IMG/VR virus record: IMGVR_UViG_3300044816_000098
Span: 1-64,000 of that record
Origin: a virus
Length of the DNA: 64,000 nt
Strand: one strand, 5' to 3'
Part shown: piece by piece, positions 1 to 10,460 of the stretch
How the letters are laid out: every line of letters starts with the position of its first letter
How positions within the stretch are numbered: the stretch's first letter is position 1
Made by a program: the position numbers and the translations under genes
Notes under the pieces: model-generated
Seen by the model: the letters and a program-made list of their open reading frames with translations, nothing else
What the model was told of the DNA's origin: nothing
The model's database searches: none

Positions 1-1
1 G

Positions 2-1444
2 ATTTGCTTCGCGGAGAAGGCCAAGGAGGCGGCCCGGGAGGCCGACCTGGTGATCACCAACACCGCGATGCTCATGACGGACCGGGTGATCCTGTCCAAG
101 ACCGCCCACCGCGAGAGCGGCCCGGTGGAGATGCTCGGTCAGTTCGACCTGCTTCTTCTGGACGAGGGTCACGAGCTGCCGGAGATCGCGGCGAACAACC
201 TCGGCTTCGAGTTCACCGCCCAGGGCATCGCGAACTTCGCCCGGGACGCCATGACGTGGGCCGCCCTCCAGGGCAAGGACGTCTCGGAGTCGGCCGACTT
301 CATCGGCGACACCCTGAAGATCCTGGACCCGGTGGTCCGCACCATGGGCGGCGAGTCGGTCAACCTGCGGTGGTTCACCGAGAACTTCGAGCCCTTCATG
401 GACGTCTGCGACGCGGTCAAGGCCCTGCGGACGACGATCATGGGCACGTCGGTGAACCGGGACCGGGACGGCCAGGAGACCAAGCGCAAGATGCTCATGG
501 TCCGGGGTCAGAACATCATCGAGAACCTGACCACGATGGTCTCCGCGCCCGACCACGAGCAGGTCCGCTGGGTCGAGCTGTACGAGACCAACCGAGGAGA
601 GAGCCGCTGGAAGATGCGGACCGCCCCGGTGGACATCGCGCCCTTCATGCAGACGTGGGTGTGGGACGAGGTGGAGACCGCTGTCCTGATGTCCGCCACG
701 CTGTCCTCCGGCGTCAACCACGACGGGACCAAGGACTTCACCTACATGAAGCGCTCCCTGGGCCTGTGGGACGCCTCCACGGTCGACGTGGGCACTCCCT
801 TCGACCTCGGCCGTCAGGGCCTGATGTACGTCCCCAAGCCGACCATCGCGAGCCCCAAGAGCAACTACGGCGCGTGGATGACCTTCGCGGGCGCCATCAC
901 GATGGAGCTGATCGACGCGAGCAAGGGCGGGGCCCTGCTGCTCTTCACCTCCCGCAAGGCCATGCAGGAGGCCCACCTCTCCCTGGGCGGGCGCCTGGAG
1001 GACAGCGGCTACACCGTCCTGATGCAGGGCGACGGCCGGACGAACAAGGAGTTGGCGCGGATCTTCAAGGAGGACACCCACAGCATCCTGTTCGCCCTCA
1101 AGAGCTTCTTCGTGGGCGTGGACGTCCCCGGGGAGGCCCTGCGGCTGGTGGTCCTGGACAAGCTCCCCTTCCCCGTCCCCTCCGAGCCGCGTTTCAAGGC
1201 GCTGTCGCTCAAGGAGGAGAACGAGGGGCGCCGGTCCTTCGCGAGCCTGTCGATGCCGATGATGATCCTCACGCTGGAGCAGGCCATCGGCCGCCTGATC
1301 CGGACCAAGACCGATCAGGGCGTGGTGGCGGTCCTGGACTCTCGTCTGTCCTCCGAGCGGTACGGCCGGGAGATCGTCTCCGCTCTGCCGGACTTCCCCG
1401 TCACGGTCGAGATCACGAAGGTTCGTGAGTTCTTTGCGGCCTGA
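2..1444 (+). CDS. DinG/YoaA-family SF2 helicase (5' end truncated by window edge)
   Basis: Frame open from position 2 (ICFAEKAKEAAREADLVITN); DEGH motif II, LMSATL, ALLLFTS, LVVLDKLPF, QAIGRLIR motif VI. Confidence 0.9.
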   Translation: MCFAEKAKEAAREADLVITNTAMLMTDRVILSKTAHRESGPVEMLGQFDLLLLDEGHELPEIAANNLGFEFTAQGIANFARDAMTWAALQGKDVSESADFIGDTLKILDPVVRTMGGESVNLRWFTENFEPFMDVCDAVKALRTTIMGTSVNRDRDGQETKRKMLMVRGQNIIENLTTMVSAPDHEQVRWVELYETNRGESRWKMRTAPVDIAPFMQTWVWDEVETAVLMSATLSSGVNHDGTKDFTYMKRSLGLWDASTVDVGTPFDLGRQGLMYVPKPTIASPKSNYGAWMTFAGAITMELIDASKGGALLLFTSRKAMQEAHLSLGGRLEDSGYTVLMQGDGRTNKELARIFKEDTHSILFALKSFFVGVDVPGEALRLVVLDKLPFPVPSEPRFKALSLKEENEGRRSFASLSMPMMILTLEQAIGRLIRTKTDQGVVAVLDSRLSSERYGREIVSALPDFPVTVEITKVREFFAA

Positions 1445-1715
1445 GGAGGACCCCCGCGTCGTCCTGGTTCTGGCGGGCAATGCCTCCCAGTTCCGGGACT
1501 GGTGCCGGGAACGGGACCTGGGCCCCAACGACAAGACCGTGGTCTACGCCAGAGACATTCAGTCGCTCCGGGGGTTCCCTCTCCGAGAGGCCCCGGTCGA
1601 GGTCGTCACCACGGGGAGCTGGGGAGACCACTGGAGCGCGGCGGAGACCCTGCACTGCGCCCGCTACATCCAGCACAAGGTGAACACCAAGTTGGAGGAG
1701 CAGTCGAAGCGGTAA
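1425..1715 (+). CDS. hypothetical protein
   Basis: ORF overlapping helicase end, plausible codon usage. Confidence 0.55.
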   Translation: MSSLRPEEDPRVVLVLAGNASQFRDWCRERDLGPNDKTVVYARDIQSLRGFPLREAPVEVVTTGSWGDHWSAAETLHCARYIQHKVNTKLEEQSKR

Positions 1716-1805
1716 GGGAGGGAGCCCCTCCTCTTGCGTACTCCAACAATCCTTAGTAATATTCGAGGTGTGGAAGAGATCCACACCGACTCCGTGGGAG
1801 GCCCC

Positions 1806-2552
1806 ATGTCTCAGCTCGTCGCACAGATTCCCCGGTCCATCAAGCTGGCCCTGAAGGCCGCTCCGCTGGACCAGGTGGCCGAGGAGCTTCTCCCCGGTGG
1901 CGTGACCGTCGCGGACGCCCCCGACAGCTTCCCGGAGCTTCCCGCTCCGCTGGAGGCCAAGGCGGACACCCGCAAGGCGTTCGCCAACCTCCACAAGATC
2001 TTCAACAAGGTCGTGATGGTCACCCGTCGCGTCCTGACCGAGCCCGAGATGGCCGAGCTGGGCGCGGAGTACCGCGACATCCAGGAGGTCAAGAAGCTGA
2101 TCGGCGAGCGCGAGTCGCAGATCAAGGAGTACGTCCGGACCCACCAGGACGTCGCTGCTGAGGAGACGGGCCAGGCGTTCCCCAAGGACGTCTACCGCAA
2201 CGGCAACCTGATCGCCCACGCCACCCCGCGTGACGCGAACGGCCACTACCTGCTGGCGGCCCCGAAGGTGCCCTCGGTCACCGAGATCCCCGGGACCAAC
2301 GGCCTGAAGTTCAGCAACCAGTTCTCTTCGGGCAAGACCACGATCAACCTCGGCAAGATCGACGAGGCGTACGCGGCCGGGAACATGGACGAGGAGACCT
2401 ACAAGGCCGTCACGCGGCTCGTGCGGGTCCCCGACGCGGAGAAGCTGCGGGAGCACGCCCTGAAGACCGGGGACACCTCTCTGCTGGCCACCGTGGTCAG
2501 CAAGGGCCGTCCGTCGGCCTCCATGTACCTGCGCGGCCTGAAGAAGAACTGA
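1806..2552 (+). CDS. hypothetical phage protein
   Basis: ATG after GACTCCGTGGGAGG RBS motif and a degenerate promoter copy at 1734. Confidence 0.75.
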   Translation: MSQLVAQIPRSIKLALKAAPLDQVAEELLPGGVTVADAPDSFPELPAPLEAKADTRKAFANLHKIFNKVVMVTRRVLTEPEMAELGAEYRDIQEVKKLIGERESQIKEYVRTHQDVAAEETGQAFPKDVYRNGNLIAHATPRDANGHYLLAAPKVPSVTEIPGTNGLKFSNQFSSGKTTINLGKIDEAYAAGNMDEETYKAVTRLVRVPDAEKLREHALKTGDTSLLATVVSKGRPSASMYLRGLKKN

Positions 2553-2614
2553 CCCATTCATCGTCGCCGGGACAGTCCCCCGCTGTCCCGGCCCCCGCTC
2601 CACCAGGAGGAACC

Positions 2615-3037
2615 ATGCCTGAACCTGTGATCCACGACTCCGGCAGCGTGGGGGACATCCTCGGCGTCAAGCCGAAGCTGGACCCCGAAACCGGGCTGTT
2701 GTTCTACCTGTGGGACGACATGTTCAACCAGGACGAGAACGGCAAGCCCAAGCCGACCTTCGGCGCCCAGGAGACCGCGAGGATGTTCTTCGCCAAGGGC
2801 GCGGACTGGCTCCGCTGGCGTTACCGTCCGGCCCCGGGCTACCCCGACGGGTACTTCGTCCTCAACGGCGTCATCCTGGAGCCCAAGCGCAGCGAGCCGG
2901 GTCAGCGGTATTACACCCTGGCGGACATCGAGCGCATGGCCCATGCTCTGGCCCAGAACCACGCCATCGACGGCGAGCGGGTGGAGACCATCATCTCCAT
3001 CGCGCTGTGGGTGGCCCGGCTCTACGAGGTCGTCTAG
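2615..3037 (+). CDS. MerR-like helix-turn-helix DNA-binding protein
   Basis: AGGAGG RBS; ETARMFFAKGADWLRW helix pair and RYYTLADIERMA wing/helix. Confidence 0.6.
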   Translation: MPEPVIHDSGSVGDILGVKPKLDPETGLLFYLWDDMFNQDENGKPKPTFGAQETARMFFAKGADWLRWRYRPAPGYPDGYFVLNGVILEPKRSEPGQRYYTLADIERMAHALAQNHAIDGERVETIISIALWVARLYEVV

Positions 3038-3471
3038 TGGCCGAGGAGGTGGGAGGCACCCTCCCTCACCTCCGTGAGGAGCAGTGGGCGAAACTCGAAA
3101 CGCTCAAGCTCACGACTGCTGATTCGGTACGTGTGTGGCAGGAGATCGTTAAGCCTCTGATCGAGGACATCGAACAACGTACGTTCTGGCCGCATGGCCG
3201 GTGTCGTCGTTGCGGTATCCGGAATCCGGCTAGCTTCCTCCCTGGTCAGAAGGACAGTGGTCACCGTACGTGGTGTCCCCGCTACGTTGGACCGCTCCGG
3301 CATGCGGTTCACCTGGGACCCCATGGGCTTTTCCACGATCAGCTCACCTGTCTGTGTGGGAAGCGGTACTCGATGTACCCGGACGACGACGGCCAGAGCG
3401 GGCCGAGGACGCAGAACGAGTGCCCCGACAAGGAACTGATTTGGAGGGGCCCGACCAACGACGAGGGGTAG
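3037..3471 (+). CDS. hypothetical Cys/His-rich protein
   Basis: GTG overlapping upstream TAG; CxxC and HxxxC motifs. Confidence 0.55.
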   Translation: MAEEVGGTLPHLREEQWAKLETLKLTTADSVRVWQEIVKPLIEDIEQRTFWPHGRCRRCGIRNPASFLPGQKDSGHRTWCPRYVGPLRHAVHLGPHGLFHDQLTCLCGKRYSMYPDDDGQSGPRTQNECPDKELIWRGPTNDEG

Positions 3472-3473
3472 CT

Positions 3474-3908
3474 ATGCCAACTGGTGCCGACCTGTACATA
3501 GGGGATCAGGATCGGGCGGAGTGGCTGGGTTCGTACATGTACGACGGGGAGCCGTGGTTCCTGGCGAAGGAGATCGTTCTCGCCAGGGGCGTTCAGGAGT
3601 ATCGCGAGGCGGTCTCCAACCATCTGGTACAGCGCAATGACGCCACGTTGTCCTATCAGGGGTGGCCGTGGCCATGGAACAGCTCACGCACGACGGACTA
3701 CGCCTACACCTGGAAGGACGGGGCCCTGTGGGGCTCCAACTTCGGGAAGCCGTGGTTCGCGGTAGACCCCTCCGATCGCTTCGGCGGGGCCGATGTCCGC
3801 AAGGACACTCCGGATCTTCACCTGCGGGCGAAGGGTTACACGCCGACTCATGGCGGATGGCCCGAGCTGCCGGACATGAAGAACCGCCAGAACATGACGA
3901 GGATCTAA
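3474..3908 (+). CDS. hypothetical protein
   Basis: GAGGGG RBS, ATG, tightly packed with neighbours. Confidence 0.65.
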   Translation: MPTGADLYIGDQDRAEWLGSYMYDGEPWFLAKEIVLARGVQEYREAVSNHLVQRNDATLSYQGWPWPWNSSRTTDYAYTWKDGALWGSNFGKPWFAVDPSDRFGGADVRKDTPDLHLRAKGYTPTHGGWPELPDMKNRQNMTRI

Positions 3909-4945
3909 TGCCAGAGACGATCACCTGTTCGTGTCACTTTGTCGACATCGGTGTCGGCATGCAGAAAGCTGCCGAGGACCCCGCGTGCCCGGTATGCCAT
4001 GAGCAGGATCTGGCGGGGATGGACATCAAGACGGTCCTCCTCGTCGGCGACATCCACGGCAACACGAGCCATCTGCTCTGGCTCGTCGACAAGGCCAAGC
4101 GGAAGGGCGTTGACGCGATCTTCGCCCTGGGGGACTTCGGCATCTGGGACCACTACGACGATGGCCGGTTCACCGACACCTGCGCCAAGGAGGTCGAGCA
4201 GTCCGGGATCCCGATCTTCTTCCTGCCGGGCAACCACGACAACTACGACCTGCTGGAGGCGTGGGTCAACGAGAAGGACCGCACGGTCGACGGCTTCGTG
4301 ATCGTCAAGCCGGGCCTGTACTACTCGCCCCGGGCTCACCGGTGGACGTGGAACGGCGTGCGGTTCCTGTCCCTGGGCGGCGCCTACTCGATCGACAAGG
4401 AGCCCCGGCTCGTCCAGGACCGGCAGTTCCTGCGGGACGCCAACCGGCGCAAGGAACAGGGCCAGGACCTGAACGCCCGCGAGGAGTACATGCTCAAGTA
4501 CGAGCAGATGTCCTGGTGGCGCCAGGAGGAGATCACCCAGGAGGAGGCCGACGCTGCATCCGCCCCCGGCGGCGTGGACATCCTGCTGACGCACGACAAG
4601 CCCTACGACTCGAACCCCAAGTGGAACAGGAAGAACATCCCGGAGTGCGAGCCGAACCAGGAGAAGATCCAGCAGGTCGTGGACAAGACCGAACCGGGCC
4701 TGCTGATGCATGGCCACCTGCACTATGCCTACTCGGAGATGCTCGCGACGACCCAGACCTTCGTGAAAGCTCTCGACTGCGACCCGTCGGCCTCCCGGGG
4801 CACTGGCGGTTCCGGCAAGCGGGAACGGTCGTGCGCGGTGCTGGAGCTGAACCCGCAGGACAAGCCGGGCTTCTGGCGGCTGAAGTGGCTGGAGCAGGAC
4901 GGCACGGAACTGTCCACGGCGATGTCCCTCCCGCAGAGCCGATGA
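3908..4945 (+). CDS. calcineurin-like metallophosphoesterase
   Basis: GDIHG, GDFG, GNHD, THD and GHLH motifs; TAATG coupling. Confidence 0.9.
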   Translation: MPETITCSCHFVDIGVGMQKAAEDPACPVCHEQDLAGMDIKTVLLVGDIHGNTSHLLWLVDKAKRKGVDAIFALGDFGIWDHYDDGRFTDTCAKEVEQSGIPIFFLPGNHDNYDLLEAWVNEKDRTVDGFVIVKPGLYYSPRAHRWTWNGVRFLSLGGAYSIDKEPRLVQDRQFLRDANRRKEQGQDLNAREEYMLKYEQMSWWRQEEITQEEADAASAPGGVDILLTHDKPYDSNPKWNRKNIPECEPNQEKIQQVVDKTEPGLLMHGHLHYAYSEMLATTQTFVKALDCDPSASRGTGGSGKRERSCAVLELNPQDKPGFWRLKWLEQDGTELSTAMSLPQSR

Positions 4946-4967
4946 GCGCTGAAGAGGACGGGGCGCC

Positions 4968-5861
4968 ATGATCCTGCTGGTCGACGCCAACAACCTCTAC
5001 GCCCGCGCCTGGTACGCCACCAGGAACGAGGCCATGACGGCCGACGGCGAGTCCACTGCCGCGATGGTGGTCTTCGTCAACACCCTGGTGCGGATCATCC
5101 GGACCAGGCGGCCGGACCGGGTGGCGGTGTGTTGGGACGGTGGCAGTTCGGTCTACCGGACCCGGTTGCTGCCGTCCTACAAGGCCAATCGCATGGCGAA
5201 GATCTCGGAGATGCGTACCGGCCGCGATCAGGTCCACGAATTCCTCGCGCTGGCGGAGATGTTCCAGGTGGAGCGCTCCGGCGTGGAGGCGGACGACCTG
5301 ATCGCGAAGTACTGGTACGACGCGGACGAGGAGGTCATGGTCTTCTCGGACGACAAGGACTTCCTCATGCTGGCCGGGACCAACCCTCAGGGTCACCTCT
5401 GCCGGGTCCATCGAGCCCAAGGCGCCCCATGGACGGACCAGATGGTCTTCGACCACACCGGGGCCTGGCCCAAGGACCTGCCGGACGTCATGGCCCTGAC
5501 TGGGGACGTCTCGGACAACATCCTCGGGGTGTCCGGCATCGGCCCCAAGAAGGCCGTGGCGCTCCTGGAGGAGTCGGGGTGGTCCCTGGAGGCCATAGAG
5601 CGCCCGGAGGTCCAGGAGAGGCTGTCTCAGGTCCTCTTGAACCGGGTGCTGGTCAACCTTCGGCTTCCGCTGCCGGGACTGCTGTTGCCGACCCCTCCGG
5701 CGTTCAAGCCGACGGGCGCCGGTTCGGTGCTGTATGTCGATCTTGTCGACTTTATGACCCGTTACGAACTCGGTGCCTTGCTCACGAAGCTCTACACGGG
5801 CACCCTGTGGGGTGGTGATGATCTGATCGGATCTTCTGCCTCCCCGGGAGAAGCTGTTTGA
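4968..5861 (+). CDS. 5'-3' exonuclease / flap endonuclease (PolA N-terminal-like)
   Basis: LLVDANN, YKANR, EADDLI, SDDKDF, GDVSDNILGVSGIGPKKA (helix-3-turn-helix). Confidence 0.92.
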   Translation: MILLVDANNLYARAWYATRNEAMTADGESTAAMVVFVNTLVRIIRTRRPDRVAVCWDGGSSVYRTRLLPSYKANRMAKISEMRTGRDQVHEFLALAEMFQVERSGVEADDLIAKYWYDADEEVMVFSDDKDFLMLAGTNPQGHLCRVHRAQGAPWTDQMVFDHTGAWPKDLPDVMALTGDVSDNILGVSGIGPKKAVALLEESGWSLEAIERPEVQERLSQVLLNRVLVNLRLPLPGLLLPTPPAFKPTGAGSVLYVDLVDFMTRYELGALLTKLYTGTLWGGDDLIGSSASPGEAV

Positions 5862-5965
5862 GCTGATCGTCCGTCACATCCTGTGGTGGCCGGGCATCGC
5901 TTGATACGATCTCGACCACCCCATCCTTCCTCTCGGCGCCAGACGAGAAGGAGCGCGGACTCTGT

Positions 5966-6008
5966 CTCCCGCTCCGTCTGAGCTGACCCCAGACGGAGCG
6001 GGATTTTT
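5966..6008 (+). terminator. intrinsic terminator-like hairpin
   Basis: TCCCGCTCCGTCTG...CAGACGGAGCGGGA stem followed by TTTTT. Confidence 0.6.
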
Positions 6009-6124
6009 AAATCGACCAAGGGAGCGTTCGTGAAGTCATCCGTCTCTCCCCGTCGGCACTCCGGCTCCCTCTTGTGCGAGTGTGCGCACACCATCCCCTC
6101 GAAGATCAAAGATCAGGAGCACCA

Positions 6125-6514
6125 GTGATCGACTTCGCTTCCATCGCTCGTGAGGCCGCCAAGAACAAGGCCACCACGGCCTCTTCGCCTACCGTGCGGG
6201 AGACCGTCAGGACCACCCCTGTGGCGGGAGCCGCCTACCTCCTGAAGGAGGACGGGGCCTGGACGCCGGAAGACCTCCGCGACTACGTGATGGGCCAGAT
6301 CGAGACCCATCACGGTCCCCAGGTCCGCAACAGCGTCCGGGAGATGGCCACCTTCAAGGCGTTCCTCACCCGCTGGGAGAGCAAGGCCCCCGCCATCGCC
6401 CGCTTCGCCTTCGAGGTGCAGCGCGGCATGTGGCAGCGCGCCCCGATCGGTGTGAACCGCTTCTGCAAGGCTTCGGATCCGTACTTCGCCGCGATCATCG
6501 CCGAGCGCGTCTAG
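6125..6514 (+). CDS. hypothetical protein upstream of helicase loader
   Basis: AGGAG RBS plus GTG start, strong GC3 bias. Confidence 0.7.
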   Translation: MIDFASIAREAAKNKATTASSPTVRETVRTTPVAGAAYLLKEDGAWTPEDLRDYVMGQIETHHGPQVRNSVREMATFKAFLTRWESKAPAIARFAFEVQRGMWQRAPIGVNRFCKASDPYFAAIIAERV

Positions 6515-6571
6515 CTCAGCGGTCCCCTGCCAGAGACCCCGCCAGAGACACTGACTCCTTAGGAGAAGCGC

Positions 6572-7420
6572 GTGCCCAAGATCGCCCCGGTCGACATGCG
6601 TTGGTTGCTGGAAGAGAACGACTCCAGCCGCTTGCAGATCCAGTACCCGGCCCTGTGGTCGGACCCCCAGAAGTCCTGCATCACGTGCTTTTTCGAGACG
6701 AAGCCGAACGCCGAGAAGATCTTCCAGTGGTGGAATGACGCCCGCACCGAGGTCGTCGAGTGGGAGTGCGACTGCGTCTCGCAGTGGATCCTCCACCGCA
6801 AGCTCCTGCACCACGGCATCGGCAAGGCGTACCAGCGGCTGAGCTGGATGGATGCCACCCACGTCCCCCTCGGCTCCCAGGAGCAGGCGCTCAACTACCT
6901 GGAGAACGGCGTCCGGTACACCGAGCGGGGGATGAACCTGATCTTCCACTCGCCGGATGCCGGTACCGGCAAGACGATGATGCTCATGCTGCTGGCCAAG
7001 GGCCTGCTGTCCATGGGGGTCGACGTCTACGTGGCCCAGATGAACTCGATCGTGGAGTTGTACTCCTCCGGCTGGAGGTCCGCCGAGGAGAAGGCGTACT
7101 TCGAGCGCCGGGTGATGAACTGCGGTGTGCTGGGTATCGACGACCTCGGCAAAGAGACCGGTCAGAACAGGATCGACTTCATCGACAAGCTCTTGGACCG
7201 GGTCATCCGGCACCGCACGGCCAACGCCATGCCCGTCGTCACCACGACCAACCTGACGCCGGAGCAGATCGGGTCCGGCTACAAGGGCTACGTGATGAGC
7301 CTGCTCTCCGAGACCTGCGACTATGTGGAGACCGCCGGTCGGGACTGGCGCCCTGCATCCCTGTCAAGGATGAAGGAAGAGGTCGCTCTCGGCCTGTCCC
7401 GACCGGTGGTGCTGCGGTGA
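6572..7420 (+). CDS. DnaC/IstB-like AAA+ helicase loader
   Basis: Walker A AGTGKT, Walker B LGIDDLG, TTN sensor, N-terminal Cys pairs. Confidence 0.85.
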   Translation: MPKIAPVDMRWLLEENDSSRLQIQYPALWSDPQKSCITCFFETKPNAEKIFQWWNDARTEVVEWECDCVSQWILHRKLLHHGIGKAYQRLSWMDATHVPLGSQEQALNYLENGVRYTERGMNLIFHSPDAGTGKTMMLMLLAKGLLSMGVDVYVAQMNSIVELYSSGWRSAEEKAYFERRVMNCGVLGIDDLGKETGQNRIDFIDKLLDRVIRHRTANAMPVVTTTNLTPEQIGSGYKGYVMSLLSETCDYVETAGRDWRPASLSRMKEEVALGLSRPVVLR

Positions 7421-8730
7421 CGACCTCCCGCGCAGAGGACGTCCTCTACTCCTCCCTGAACGACATCGACGCTCTGGAACAGCTCGCCAAGATCGGGCTG
7501 GAGCCGGACTGCATCCCCAAGCCCGGCATGCGGCCGGTGGTGGCCTGGGCCCTGGACTACTACTTCCGGACCGACCAGCGGCAGGCCCCCTCGCGGGAAG
7601 CGCTGATGGAGTCCTGGGGAGAGGTGATCGAGGACCTGGAGGTCGAGATCGAGGACGCGGATGTCGAGAAGGACGACATCCAATGGGCCATCGACTCCCT
7701 GAAGTCCCAGTACATCCTGTGGAAGTTCCAGAGCTGGCAGAAGGAGTCGGCGCAGGCCATCCACGAGGCGACCATGACGGACCGGATGACGGCCCTGGAG
7801 GACATCACCCACCAGCTCGTCACCATGTCCCTGTCGCTGCGGGACCGGACCGAAGAGGTCGAAGGGATGTCCGGCTTCCGCCAGTCGGTGGCCGACTACC
7901 GCAAGCGCGAGGGCGAGGCCCTGACGTCGCGGGGGATGACCTTCGGCATCCCGGAGGTCGACGAGTTCACCTACGGCATCCACGAGGGCGAGGTGGCGGT
8001 GTTCGCCGCCGGGCCCAAGACCGGCAAGTCGGTGACCTTCGCCTTCATTCTGCTCAACGAGTGGCGCCAGGGGAGGCTGACCACGCTCTTCACCCTGGAG
8101 AACTCGGTGAAGATGACGTATGACCGGCTCGTCTGCATGCGTCTGGCGATCGACCACGACCGCTATCGCAGGGGCGTGTGCATCCCGGAGGAGATCGAGC
8201 GGATCGAGACCTTCATCCAGGAGCGCGGTGACGCCATGAAGGAGCAGATCCGGGTGGTCCAGCCGCAGAAGGGCCAGCGCACCGTCCAGTGGATGGTTCG
8301 TCACGCCCGCACCCTGGGGACCGAGTCCCTGCTGATCGACCAGCTCACCTTCATGGAGGCGTCGCACCGCTCGCTGAGGGGGCCGGACAAGATCACCGAC
8401 ATCATGCACGACCTCAAGACCGAGGTCTCGACCGGCCGCAGTCAGATGTCCACCGCGCTGGCCCACCAGATCAACCGCGAGGGCATGAAGGAGGCCAAGA
8501 AGAACGGCTTCCTGGAGATGTACATGATGGCCGAGGGCTCCGAGGTCGAGCGGACGGCGGACTGGGTCTTCGGGCTCTACAGCAGTCCGGACGAGCAGAA
8601 GGCCCAGATGATCAAGTGGCAGACGCTGGCCGGTCGCCGGGCCTCGTCCAACAAGCACTGGCGGATGGCCTGGCGCCCCTGGGTCGGTCAGGTCGACGCC
8701 ATGGGAGAGATCGAGATGACGAGGTCGTGA
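7417..8730 (+). CDS. dnaB: DnaB-like replicative helicase
   Basis: Walker A AGPKTGKS, FTLEN, LLIDQL, HQINR, ERTAD; GTGA overlap with loader. Confidence 0.88.
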   Translation: MTTSRAEDVLYSSLNDIDALEQLAKIGLEPDCIPKPGMRPVVAWALDYYFRTDQRQAPSREALMESWGEVIEDLEVEIEDADVEKDDIQWAIDSLKSQYILWKFQSWQKESAQAIHEATMTDRMTALEDITHQLVTMSLSLRDRTEEVEGMSGFRQSVADYRKREGEALTSRGMTFGIPEVDEFTYGIHEGEVAVFAAGPKTGKSVTFAFILLNEWRQGRLTTLFTLENSVKMTYDRLVCMRLAIDHDRYRRGVCIPEEIERIETFIQERGDAMKEQIRVVQPQKGQRTVQWMVRHARTLGTESLLIDQLTFMEASHRSLRGPDKITDIMHDLKTEVSTGRSQMSTALAHQINREGMKEAKKNGFLEMYMMAEGSEVERTADWVFGLYSSPDEQKAQMIKWQTLAGRRASSNKHWRMAWRPWVGQVDAMGEIEMTRS

Positions 8731-9191
8731 TGGCAGAAGCATTGGATGGACACATCTGGGGGAAAGACCAGGTCTCTGACGACCTGATGTGCACGCGGTG
8801 CACCATGTACGCAGGGCAGTACGTGGACCAGGTATGCCCCGGGGTCCCGACGGAGTGGGATGACCAGGACCCGGCCCGGCCGGTGTGCGGGGACAACGAC
8901 GTATGTGAGGTGTGCGGGGAGTGCTCCAACTGCGGTTGCGGGTGCCCGCAGGGGCTGGTTCACCTGGATCTGGGCCTGCGGGCCTTCTCCCAGGGGGCCG
9001 CCTGTTCCAAGTGCGGCCTGACGGGCTTCAAGGTCACCTTCCACGTCATGCCGGTGATCGGTAACAGCCCGGCGTTCCCGTGCGAGGACTGGATCAACCG
9101 GGGGCTGCTGACCGGCGAGATCGGTGAGCACCTGTGCCGCGTCTGCACCTGCTGCGGGTACGGCTGGCCGGAGCGGACGTACGAGTCGTGA
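8730..9191 (+). CDS. Cys-rich (multi Zn-ribbon) hypothetical protein
   Basis: Several CxxC pairs; TGATG coupling to the helicase. Confidence 0.6.
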   Translation: MAEALDGHIWGKDQVSDDLMCTRCTMYAGQYVDQVCPGVPTEWDDQDPARPVCGDNDVCEVCGECSNCGCGCPQGLVHLDLGLRAFSQGAACSKCGLTGFKVTFHVMPVIGNSPAFPCEDWINRGLLTGEIGEHLCRVCTCCGYGWPERTYES

Positions 9192-10318
9192 ATACCTTCT
9201 TCGAGGCGTCCCTCCTGCCGGACCAGTCGAAGCGGGCCCTGTGTCTGGAGCTGTTGTCGGAGTTCGGCGCCAACATCTCGCGGATCAACGACAAGAAGGG
9301 CGAGATCACCCACGGGTGCCTGGTCTCCCCGGGCATGCACTCGGACCAGGCGGCCAACCCGACGGCCTCGCTCAACTACGAGAAGCTGGTCTACAAGTGC
9401 CTGGGCTGCGGGGCCTCGGGTGGTCTCCTGTGGTTCATCGGCACCTGCCGGGGCTCCACCTCGGGGGACGCCCGCGTGTGGCTGGAGCAGACGGCCGGGC
9501 TGGGCACCTCCGTCATGGAGCTGGACGCCATGCTGCGGTTCCTGGACAACATGTACGCCAAGCGCTCCGCGATGCCCATCCCGAGCTACTCGGACCGGGC
9601 TCTGGACCCCTGGAAGTTCGACCATCCGTACATGACCGACCCGCCCACGGCTGACCCGCCCGGCCGGGGGGTTCCGGTGGAAACCCTGCGCCGGTTCCGG
9701 ATCGGGTGGGACCCGCAGAAGGACCGCATCGTCATGCCGCACTTCTGGAAGGGCAAGCTCGTCGGGTGGCAGACCCGCAAGATGCCGGTGCCCTGGATGA
9801 GCCAGATGCCGGAGGAGGGGGCACCGAAGTACCAGTCCTCTCCGGACTTCCCCAAGGACGCGACGATCTTCAACTACCTGCCGCAGGAGCGGTCGGCGGT
9901 GGTAGTCGAGTCCGCGCCTTCCGTCCTGCGGCACGTCCACGCGGTGCACATGGAGGCCACCTTCGGGGCGTCGGTCACCGAACTCCAGATGGCCCGGCTC
10001 GTTAAGCACGACGAACTGATCTTGTGGATGGACAACGACAAGTCTGGCTGGGTCGCGGTGGAGGGGGTTCCCGAGGAGCCCCGTACGAAGAAGTCCCCAG
10101 GCAAAGAGGCCAAGGTCGGCATGGGGGAGTACTTCTCCCGGTACTGCACGGTCCGGGTGGTCGACTCCCCGTGGTCCCAGGACGCGGGAGACCTGCCGAC
10201 CGAGGAGGCACTCCGGCTGATCGGCCTGGCGGTGCCCTGGGGGATCTGGGAGCGACCGAGGACACTGTGGTGCTACGAGTGCAAGCAGCAGGCCCACACA
10301 GGGCCGTGCAGGACTTAG
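9188..10318 (+). CDS. DNA primase (Zn-binding plus TOPRIM)
   Basis: C..H...YKCLGCGASG Zn domain, RIVMP, PKY.SSP, VVVES, WMDNDKSG (DxD), QDAGDL. Confidence 0.88.
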   Translation: MNTFFEASLLPDQSKRALCLELLSEFGANISRINDKKGEITHGCLVSPGMHSDQAANPTASLNYEKLVYKCLGCGASGGLLWFIGTCRGSTSGDARVWLEQTAGLGTSVMELDAMLRFLDNMYAKRSAMPIPSYSDRALDPWKFDHPYMTDPPTADPPGRGVPVETLRRFRIGWDPQKDRIVMPHFWKGKLVGWQTRKMPVPWMSQMPEEGAPKYQSSPDFPKDATIFNYLPQERSAVVVESAPSVLRHVHAVHMEATFGASVTELQMARLVKHDELILWMDNDKSGWVAVEGVPEEPRTKKSPGKEAKVGMGEYFSRYCTVRVVDSPWSQDAGDLPTEEALRLIGLAVPWGIWERPRTLWCYECKQQAHTGPCRT

Positions 10319-10326
10319 GAGCCCTC

Positions 10327-10458
10327 ATGCAGAAGTTCGGTACCGGCCAGATCCTCAACGACGAGGACCAGCCCGTCCGCAAGACCGCCAACGCCCGCCC
10401 GCTCACCGAGGACGACGTCCAGGAGATCGAGCGTGAGGGCCAGAACACCGAGGAGTAA
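10327..10458 (+). CDS. small acidic hypothetical protein (43 aa)
   Basis: AGGAG RBS, ATG, GC3-biased. Confidence 0.6.
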   Translation: MQKFGTGQILNDEDQPVRKTANARPLTEDDVQEIEREGQNTEE

Positions 10459-10460
10459 GC

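Noticed and set aside
6952-6985. Self-targeting of the DnaC Walker A (DAGTGKTMM) by unit 7
   Set aside because: Only about half of the dinucleotides match.
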